A stretch of 46,841 bases of DNA from Bigelowiella natans CCMP2755 (taxonomy: Eukaryota; Protista; Cercozoa): assembly GCA_000320545.1 (NCBI GenBank), contig ADNK01000719.1:1-46841 (forward strand). Reading direction: 5' to 3'. The position numbers were made by a program, and so were the translations under genes. The notes below the pieces were generated by a model that was not told the DNA's origin, did no database searches, and saw nothing but the letters and a program-made list of their open reading frames with translations. Numbering within the stretch: the first letter of the stretch is position 1; each line of letters opens with the position of its first letter. Shown here in pieces: positions 37,162-46,841 of the stretch.

Positions 37162-38947
37162 CATACGTGTATTGTGGTATTGGATGATATTCACGTTAGT
37201 ATTGTTTGTCACATCGGTAAGTCGTCGCACTCGTAATAGTATCAATGCACAGGCTTATTGCAGCAATAATTGGAAGAAGAAGAAGAAGAAGTAGAAGAAG
37301 TAGGCACACTACTTGTAGCGCTGCATTGACAACAAGGCATTATTACCTTCACCCACCACACCGCTCGTTCTCCGTAGAACACCGTGTAGGCATTTCTGAT
37401 GTGAATGTTCAAAACATACATATCAACACGCAACAACACACACACACATACTCACACCTCAGCTACCTACCCCTCATTTGCAAGTCCTTCATCGAGTGCA
37501 ACGCCAGCATTCAAATCCTATATGCGACAAGAAGAACGGGATACGTCGAGATTGTAAGGCCATATGCTGGCATGATGATGCATCGATCACTTCCCGAGCT
37601 ATACCCAAAAAAACCAAAAATTTGCCACGCAAACACAAGGCGACTACACAGGCTGTAGAAACACTGGTTGAAAAAAAGGCAATGTACAGTCAAGGTCGGC
37701 GCTGCTCCGTCGTGTGCGTACGCTTCGAATGATGAATTGGTATAGCAGCTCGCTCTATTGTTGTGGTTTGCGTCTCACCTTGAACTCCTTGGTTCCCACA
37801 AACTTTGCCATTCCATCTACGCCTCCTGCCACCGAAAAAGCATCATTATCCTGGAGATCAACTAAAATCCTAGATAAACCCATAACGGTCTTTCCGCTGC
37901 AAAGGTCATTTGCAGCACCATTGAGGCCAAACGCTTTTTTGGGGTATTTGTGTGATATCGAGAACGTGTTGATATATGTGTACGTCGAACATTTCGTGTT
38001 TGCTTCTGCTGCAGTCGTTATTGATGTAGGCGGCAGCAGCAGCGAAAGTGAAAAATTAGTGGCAGCATGACACGCCATCAATTGCATATGCTTCAGGATA
38101 TGTCTCTATCACGGCTGCCCTGTGTCTATGTATATGTGCGTACCAATCTCTTCGTCGGGCATGAAGAGTAGATGCACAGTGCGAAGCATTTTTCTCTTTC
38201 CCCCCCCCCCTTCCTTCTCCTCCTCCGCCGCCGCTTTCAGGATCCGCAACATGGCTTCGACATACTGCATAACCACGCACTTCATGTCCTGCGTGCCCCT
38301 GGCCACAATCGTGCCGTCTTTCAGAATCGCTTCGAAAGGGTCGCAATTCCACTGGTCCTGAAAGACGATGGAAGGGGCCAGAGCATAGAAAAATAGGAGC
38401 TATCAGCAGATGCAATATTGTGGAGGGGCAAGGCTCGAAATGATTCGTCTGGCCGCAAAAAGAGCACATAATAAACCGACCTTTACGCAAGGAACGACAT
38501 CGTAGTGGCAATTGAGCACCACGGAGGGAAGCTTTGGGTTCGTTCCTTTCACTGTCGCGACTAGGATTGGCTTGCCCTTCACGCACTCGACCGTCTGGCG
38601 TGTAATGAAAAATGGAAGTCGGGTGAGGAGGGGGAGGGGGAGGGGCAGCATGCAATTACGAATTCATTTCAGAGCACATAAATGCTGGATGAACCTTGAG
38701 CTCGCATATTCCTTTCAGCATATTCGAAAGATAATCTACCGCCTTTGCGTAGGAACCCTATGGGGAGTGGGATGGGTGTGCATAGGAATGAAGATTCGTC
38801 ACTATCCCATTTATCATCTTGCCGCCCCCCCACCACAGTCACCTTCGGCCCATTTGCAGATACTGTAGGTATTCGAAGAAACTCTCGAAACCGTTCAATT
38901 TCAGGAATTGCTCCGAGCTTCTCATCGCTGACGCCTTGGTCAGCCAT
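34658..38947 (-). CDS. ACY1: Aminoacylase-1 (N-acyl-L-amino-acid amidohydrolase, peptidase M20A), about 18 exons
   Basis: Spliced motifs: IERFREFLRIPTV, SVVLNCHYDVVP, ARGTQDMKC, FMPDEEIGGVDGM, ALDEGLAN, VFYGER, GPTGHGSRF, GDVATVNLT, NVVP, FDIRLPP, IFPAGTDGRYIR, GFSP, LHEHNE, GIVVYEKLIPSLAN. All metal ligands are present. Stop TGA at 34658-34660. Confidence 0.95.
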
Positions 38948-39197
38948 CGTGATAGCGTACAGGTAGGGGGGGTTCTTTCGAGCGAGCCGGCGAGTTGTGA
39001 GCTGTCGAGGATTATCGTCTTTCGGTTAGATGATTTTCGCATATAATTTTGTCCAGAATTTGATACGAATCGAACATTTATTGAGCCTAAAATATCAAAG
39101 ATTTACCCCACAAATTAATATTCTCAAGCCAACATAAACAACAATAGCATAGCGGTTCCCTCCCTCCTCCAGGAGCAGTTTGCCTCGCCCTTCTCCA
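38948..39197. promoter_or_regulatory. Probable compact bidirectional promoter between ACY1 and the SAM/U-box gene
   Basis: Head-to-head arrangement with about 250 bp between predicted ATGs; the second ATG is uncertain. Confidence 0.35.
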
Positions 39198-40011
39198 ATG
39201 CAGGTCCTCCATTTGCCATAGCTTTTCCTTTTTGGTACGCTTTGCTTATCCGCCCCCCCCCACCTGAGGTATTGCTCTCTTTGATCGAAATACACCGAAT
39301 GACTCATCCCCCACCCCCTTCGGTTCTCCTCTTCTTTCTTCTTCTCTTAACGTAGGCGGGAATAAGTAATCGGAAGTTCATTCGAGTCCGGAGGTCAGCA
39401 AACCGGAGGGGTCTGGCCGAAGAGGAGTCCAAAGAGTACAGCAGCAGCAGCAATAGCTCCTCTCGAGTAGCACCTCGAGTCCCCTCTCCTTCGCTCCAAC
39501 CCCAAGCTTTCCGCTCGCAGCAGGCCCGTCAGTACGCGTTGCAATACAAAAATCGGATCCAGCAGAAAAGCGATGGCAATCGCGTTCTATCTCGGATGGG
39601 GGGCGAAGTAGGAGGGGGTAAGGGAGGGAGAAACAGCAACAGGCCTTACTTTAGAACCTCCCTGGCTTTCGACCAAAAGCAGCATGTTTCCTCCCCACTG
39701 CTGCCCTCCCCCCCTCTTAAGGCACTATCCCGGCGGATTATTGAGGTAGCATTTGGCTGTGTTGGTGTTCGTAGCAAAACGATATACGCGGGGAGATTGG
39801 GAAGAGAGGGGTGGTTGGAAAAATAACAACTCATGCGATGGGCAGTGACAGTCAGCGTCGCACGCAAAGGAATGACGTGCTTTCTCATTTCTGGTTTTGG
39901 GTTCATTAAGGTCGATAAGGAGCGTCATAATGCGGAGGCTTCTCTATTGGATTTAACGGTACCCGATGCAAGTTGAGAGGCGGCGTTTGTGTATTTGTGA
40001 TTCTGTGAGAG

Positions 40012-40059
<48 letters not shown>

Positions 40060-40298
40060 TGAGAGAGTGAAAAAAATATAATTGCTCGTTTTTATAAGAG
40101 CTGTGCCCATTTTTGTCACCATCCTTATGATCCATGATCCATCTTCGATAACATCAGACCTCGTTGTCCTCGAATACTCACAAGCAGCACAGTGTGCAGA
40201 GGAATATGAAAGTCGGCAGCATGCACCTCCATTAGAATTTTTACGGGGAAAGGCAGGGGGGACGTTTGATGAAACGGATATCAATTCATATATAAATA

Positions 40299-40340
<42 letters not shown>

Positions 40341-40434
40341 AGCCTTGAAGAGGAGGCAAAGGAGCAAAAGAGAATTATCGCTGAAGCGCAGGAGTACTAC
40401 AATAATGATAAGCGCACGCCAAAACACACATGCA

Positions 40435-40466
<32 letters not shown>

Positions 40467-40488
40467 CGTATTTGTTGTTGTCGCTGTT

Positions 40489-40529
<41 letters not shown>

Positions 40530-40556
40530 GTGTGTTTTTGTGTGTTTGTGTGTCTA

Positions 40557-40611
<55 letters not shown>

Positions 40612-41372
40612 TACAAATCCTTCTTCTTCCTCTCCTCTACCATTTATTAGTCGCTTGCAGCATCTAAAGAGCGGTTACCGCAATTGCCTCCAAGAGTATA
40701 CTTCGGTAATACTACTACTACTACTACTACTACTGCATATGATCATGCCGTTAAAATTGCTTGTTGCTACACATTTGGGCTTAGCTAGTGAACGTTTTAA
40801 CTTTTGTGTTGGAAACGTTTCCCTTAATTAATTTTTCAAATTTTCTTTTTTTGGGGGGGGGGGGGGGGATCGGGGATGCGACGGCCTTTTCGGTGAGAAC
40901 GTCTGATTTGTCATCTTTATATATGTGTGTGTATATGTACATGCGGTGCACAGCTGCAAGCGAGGGCTAAAGTTACCCTTTCAGATCAAAATGCGTGCCA
41001 AAAACGGGTGAGAAACACGCTCCCCAGGACAGCAAACCTACTCATTGCTTCATCAAACGTGGCGCAAATGTTGATGCATTCATCATCGTCCTCATCATCG
41101 TCGTCGTCGTCGCCTTCGTCATTTCCACACCGCCAACACCTACCGCAAACAACCGATAATTATCAGCTATCTGAGCTCGAGAACGAATCGATGAGGCTGC
41201 ACACGAGATGGAACAGCTTTTTAGACAAGGTACCGACCCTGAGGAAGTAGCAGCACTAATAGTAGTAGAAGCAGTAATAGTAGTAGTAGTAGCAGCAGCA
41301 GCAGTAGTAAAAGCGCAACTCGAGATCTTTCGCGCAATACAGTGCTGACAGCTTCAATCGTCGTTTGTGTCT

Positions 41373-41413
<41 letters not shown>

Positions 41414-41843
41414 CAGATGTCTGAGTCGTCGTCGCTGAATAGCCTCAACTCCTCGGATGTAGAAATCCTGCTCACGGAGGCAAGCCTGCAGCGATTTATC
41501 GACGTGCTCAAGCGCTCTGGGGTCATAACAGAAGAGGTCGGTCTATAAATAGCAGCGAGTGCATGGATGAAGACATCGTAAACAATCATGATGCTAATAG
41601 TGCTAGCGTGGAAGAGGGGTGAGGGGGGGGGGGGTGGGGGGCATAACCGACGGATCGGCGTGTATTGGTGATAGTAGCATCAGTGACAACAAGGGAAAAC
41701 CTGCAGATACCCCTACATCTATTTGCATTCAATAAAGGCTTCTCTCCCTCCCCCCCCCCTCCCCCCATCTTCGATTTGGTCACAATGAAGGGCTCGCATT
41801 TGGAGTTGGTGGATCGTCAATTCTTCCAGGTGATGATGCGATG

Positions 41844-41875
<32 letters not shown>

Positions 41876-42023
41876 CTTCTTCTTCGTCTTAGCTGCATAC
41901 ATAATTGGTGTTATCACGTCATACCGTCACCATTGCAATATTGACAATAATAGGACATGAATCTAGCTGAAACCTTCTCTCTCGGAGAACGACAGGTACG
42001 CGCGCGCGCTGATGATGCCATGT

Positions 42024-42073
<50 letters not shown>

Positions 42074-42299
42074 TTGATGAACATTTTGCATTATTTTGAG
42101 TGAGATAAGTAGAAAAAAGTAGTGTGGTGTCAAGACCCCCCCGCTGCGAAGAAAACGCGGACGATTTGCAATGCTCTCCGATGTCGCATGGATAGTCGGA
42201 AAAACAAAACTGATTCTCTTGCATTCTGTCAATTATTTTTTAAATGGTTAATTTCAATTTCATGATGGAGAGCATGAGCATTTCACACGAAGATCATCG

Positions 42300-42334
<35 letters not shown>

Positions 42335-42531
42335 GACAACCGTGAATGATGCTCTCGTTTTGTATTATTAACAACAGCGATTGCTGTTCCTGCTCGGCTA
42401 CGTGCGCGAAAAGCACGAATTGTACTTGCCACAGGAGGACAACACTTTCAGGTTCAGGGAGGTGGAAGGGGGGGGGGAGGGTCTAATTTGCTTTGTTCAT
42501 TTCTTCCTTTCATGTGTGAAAAATAATACAT

Positions 42532-42568
<37 letters not shown>

Positions 42569-42620
42569 CAACGCAGGACGTGGTCTGTTAGTGGAGTATC
42601 CTCGTGGCTCAGAGAGGTAG

Positions 42621-42655
<35 letters not shown>

Positions 42656-44170
42656 AAATATTTACATAATATTAATATGTTGATCACCAGGTAAACTGCG
42701 GGTCTTTGAGTCCGATATTGGAGGAGCTCCGCGTGGATGGGATCACCTTGGCCACCGTCTCGTAATTGCGCGCATACATACATCAACAACCAAGAAAGGC
42801 TTTGCTAGCGACGGCAGCCATCTCGAAAAGCACGCCAACAATAGTAACAGCGCCGACAACCGCGGAGAGCATTCGATGCCCCATCGTCATGCCGTGCTGC
42901 TATCAGAGATCTGCTTTCCCTGCTCCTAGCGACACAACGGCCCACGGCCTTGTCGCAGAGCCAAACTTGCTCCGTTTTCGATGCAGTTTGCCTTTCATTA
43001 CCTGTAGGATTTCGTAGGGTTTTCTTCCAGGTTGTGACTGGCTTCTCTTTCTTCGTTTTATCCCTTTCAGGAGGGATACACTCGTCTCTGAGGTGCTTGG
43101 AAAGTCTCGCGAGGTGCGCGGTGGTGGATTCTTTGGGAGGGGGGGGGGGGGCGAGGATCCTGCTGCTTTATTCGAATGGAGAAATTCTGAGATGCAGCGA
43201 GAAACGTCGATAGGCATTCTGTCGGGCGAGATAGAGCCCTTTCTTCTTTGATATTGTTGCGGCATATGTTGTGGTAGAATGAAGAGTGTTTTTGCACGCA
43301 CTATCTACAAGATTTGCCGAGGATTGACTATTTTGTCGCGCACTACACTACACACACACACACAAACATAACTGTAAATCCTCGTACCTTCTCATATTTC
43401 CCCCTCCTCCTCCTCCTCCTCCTCCTCCTCCTCCTCCTCCTCTTTGAAGACCAACTATGCTAAGAAGCGGTCCATTCGAGAATATGTGCAGCTTCGCATC
43501 TGGCCTCAAATCCAAGCTCTAAGAAAGGTTGTTCAATTCTTCCTTCATCACCACCTTCACTCTCCCCCCCCTCCCCTTCCTCCTCGGTATAGGATTTCCC
43601 TCCCAGTAGAAAACTAATACGTATTGACCTTACGGTGGACTACTTTTAATCAGGAGCACGGGATTGTTGTCGCGGAGTCGCAGCCGCCGTTAGCATCTGC
43701 ACAAAAGGCCAATAATGACCCCATCAGCAGAGGAGGAGCGGCGCTCGATGATGGCCCTCCCGCTCGGTTTCTAAGCCTCCATTCGACAGCCAAAGAAAAT
43801 AAACAGGGGGTGGGGAATATTGCGCGCGCTGGGGCCGCCGCCTCTGCTACCATGGGCGACGTTGCTGCTGATGATGAGCGGAAGGACGATGGGGGAGACG
43901 ATGACGAGAAAGGTTATTGTTGATGTCGTTGTTGTTGTTGTTGTTTTGATGTGCGGTTCGACTTGACAACGTCTACCATCATCACCGTCGCTGTAGGAGC
44001 AGGAGGGAAGGGGGGGAGCGGCGGTACGATCAAGGACGGCAGCAGCCCCAAGGAAGCTCCCTCGCAGTTCTTATGTCCGATAACACTGGTTGTAGAAACG
44101 CTGTATTTTGTGAAATGACATGTGCGTGCGTGTGCATGTGTGCATGTGTGCGTGCGTGTGCATGTGTGCA

Positions 44171-44210
<40 letters not shown>

Positions 44211-44599
44211 GGGAATGACATCTCCGATCTCTTTTTGACCTTGCTATAAGGTGATGATGGAAGATCCTGTGCTGTGTAAAGATGGGAGCACGTACGAAAG
44301 AAGCGGTACTGCCCACATTGCCTCCACACAATGGTTCATAAAGGGGAAAAAAAACAATGCGGCACTGAGAAGTGCGCCTGAGTCTAAAACACAATGAACC
44401 GTCCTTTCCCCCTCCTCCCCCCCCCCAACCTCCCCTCCTTCTTTGCGCGGATGGATTTGCGATTACGTCAGCCATCGAGGCGTGGATTGCCAAACACGGT
44501 ACGTCGCCCATTTCGAGGGAGCGGCTGCGAAAAGACCAACTGTTTCCAAACCGCGCTCTCAAGGAGATGATCGAGCGATTTAGGTAAATCAACAGAAGT

Positions 44600-44643
<44 letters not shown>

Positions 44644-44840
44644 TCACGAGAGATTGTATTGGAGAATTGACGGTCGTCCCCGCGATACATCCCAGCTTGC
44701 TTTGTCGCATTCAACCCCTTCCTATTTTGATGAAGCGCATCAGTGTTCCGACAACGATGCTTATTACGCTGTCTAGAGTGCAGGCCTGTCGTAGTGTAAC
44801 CCTCGTTCCATACATTAGGGAGCAGAAACTCTCGAAGTAG
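39198..44840 (+). CDS. Coiled-coil, 2xSAM and U-box protein (putative E3 ubiquitin ligase), about 20 exons
   Basis: Coiled-coil exons (SLEEEAKEQKRIIAEAQ, LSELENESMRL). SAM-like SDVEILLTEASLQRFIDVLK and TWSVSGVSSWLRE|VNCGSL..ILEELRVDGITL. U-box APSQFLCPITL|VMMEDPVLCKDGSTYERS|AIEAWIAKHGTSPISRERL....LFPNRALKEMIERF. The start and the last exon (stop at 44587 or 44840) are uncertain. Confidence 0.8.
40434..40610. repeat. Intronic (ATT)n, (CT)n and (AG)n microsatellites
   Basis: Directly visible. Confidence 0.95.
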
Positions 44841-45748
44841 GCCGTAATCTTCATTCGGCAACCAAGCTCAAGCAGCACGCATCACTCATTCTTAGCAATT
44901 ATCACGAAGTGTGAGACATGTTCGCCGTCAGCATCAGCCCGCGCGTATTTGGTGGTAGTCTAGTAGTGTCCTCGAGCAGCACCATCGTCGCCCCCACACA
45001 TGTGAATACAAAGACTATACGTCAACTATAATTATAATGTAGATCTTGATCGATATGCACATGCCAGGCATGCAATCTTGATCTATCTCTACGATATAAG
45101 TAGTGCCCGTCAATTGTGCGCGAGTGAACCAGCATACAGTATATACTTGTATGAAGTTCCCGATTATTATCGACGAATATGAACGATCATTGTCTGCCAT
45201 GATATCACGGCTTATAAAAACTTATTGCTTTCATTCTTCGCTTTCGTGCCGATCGCACATACTAGCGTACTCGCGTTATAGTGCCATGAAACTGCCATAT
45301 CGATCAGCATCATAGCAGTAGCTACAGGCCAACTTTATATGGTCTAGCATCAAAATTATCAAAGCTAAAAGTATGTGCCAATATCGCTTTGTCACCAGCA
45401 ATAAGATAAATAAGAACGCATGCTCAAGACGCACGTGACGCCATAGCAGTGGTGATTTTCCTATTCTTGTTGTTGTAAGATGACCGTCATCGTCTACGTA
45501 CGGTTACATATTTATCGTACAAGTGCTGCATAATCTGCCAGCTTTGTTGTAGAGCAAAATATCATCAATGGGCATGACAGTGCCAGCTTGAGCGTACATT
45601 GGATCATCTACACGTCTGGACGTGCTAGGCTATTACGTCGATAATCAGTGTTGATTACATATATATTCCAGAACCTAGTATGCTGCTCGCACCGCATATC
45701 AGTTTAAAGATCGGTGCCGTGACAATACGTTGATTGGCCGCTGTACAG

Positions 45749-46596
45749 CTACGAAAGATAGTCGGGAAGATACCCCGGCGGCATCCTGTCTGCGAGGCAG
45801 TTTTCCTCGAGTTTTTTCAGCTGTTTGCACAGTGCGATAACAACAACAACAACAACCAACAATAGTAATGTGATTGGGTTTGTATGTTGTTCGTGTTGTG
45901 TGTGAATAATGCGTTCATTGCACGCCATCAATACACCGGTTCCCAGCTTACTCTCTTTCCGTTGTTGCTTTCCTCTGCGCCCGCGCCTCCCCCCCCCCCC
46001 CCCTCTCCCCCGTTTCAGAAGCTTTGGATAAATACATCGTCGTCGTGTACATCTGCCATCGATATCTAATTAGCGTGCCGCCGTGTATTCAGCAGTACCA
46101 CTTCCGGCAGCATTGTCTTTGAAGGATCCTTGCTTTTCGCTGGCTTGATGCAGGGATGGTTGTCATCCAGAGAGGTGTTCAATGGAGCTGCAGAGCTTCG
46201 TTGGGCTGGAGACAGAGGGGGGCGTTTCGCTGCTGCCGCTGCTACTTCCCTTTCGTAGCACTGCACCGCCTCTTCAAATTGCTGATTGAAGATGACGATA
46301 GCAAGTAGGTAAGAACGCTAGAGTATGATGACGGTACACTTGCATGCATTGGTGAGAAACCGGAAGGGGAGGGGGGGGGGGGGGGGGGGGGCTCTCCACT
46401 GACAAATATTTGCCTTTGGTTGGGGTCGGGTGCTGTTGTTGAGTTAGTACCTTTGCACGCCTCTCTCCGAAGAGAATTTTGCGAATGGTGCGGGACCGAA
46501 AATCGGATACTGAGTTGGAGAAGGCAGGGAGGGGGCGTGAAAGAACAGCATATGCTTAATCTGATTTTTCCTTGATCTTCGAGATGCGTGATATTA

Positions 46597-46635
<39 letters not shown>

Positions 46636-46658
46636 TGTGCGGTCATTAAATGTGAGCA

Positions 46659-46695
<37 letters not shown>

Positions 46696-46841
46696 TGCTA
46701 ATAGGATTTCGCACAGAACTGCTCGTAGTTCATTCTCCCTGCACTTACCGTACAGGCCTCCATCTCTGGGGTCAAGAGCAATGCCGCGTGGGCCTTGACA
46801 TATCAGAAGACAAGCAACGTGTTTCGAGAAGTCAGATCGCC
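45749..46841 (-). CDS. 3' exons of an NHL-repeat (beta-propeller) protein; 5' part lies outside the window
   Basis: Exons 46749-46793 and ~46451-46509 splice to xPRGIALDPRDGGLY|VSDFRSRTIRKI (NHL consensus P.GIA.D...g.LYVsD.....IRki), followed by QFEEAVQCYERE... and probably a final ...PPGYLPDYLS*. Confidence 0.7.

Noticed and set aside
40385-40665. Non-canonical GA or GC donor in the SAM/U-box gene
   Set aside because: A canonical GT donor with the upstream TAG acceptor gives an in-frame AQDRLQHL.
1-46841. CRISPR arrays, rRNA/tRNA genes, intact mobile elements
   Set aside because: None recognisable by eye; the repeats are simple microsatellites or two-copy duplications (for example 8884-8955 and ~34469-34504).

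Overview
Gene-dense, intron-rich eukaryotic (protist) DNA. The introns are short GT-AG introns filled with (AT)n, (GT)n, (AG)n, trinucleotide and poly-C/G tracts. A signal-plus-transit-like presequence on MsrB would suit an alga with a secondary plastid (chlorarachniophyte-like; tentative inference). Most entries in the ORF track are exon fragments or microsatellite artefacts, so I spliced the genes by hand. From left to right: 3' end of a GH3 glycosidase (+); a CTAG-saturated spacer; ATG1/ULK kinase (+, ~2020-8891); 1-Cys MsrB (-, 9510-11015); a ~22 kb, roughly 4,100-aa multidomain RBR-type E3 ligase (+, ~11555-33386); aminoacylase-1 (-, 34658-38947); a coiled-coil/2xSAM/U-box E3 (+, ~39198-44840); and the 3' end of an NHL-repeat protein (-). 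The most unusual element is the giant RBR gene. Its RING1 and its catalytic RING2 are separated by about 3,000 aa (3 PHR, at least 4 SH3, ubiquitin-like, RanBP2-type fingers and others), and this insert appears to sit inside the IBR domain. All exon boundaries are manual predictions without transcript support.
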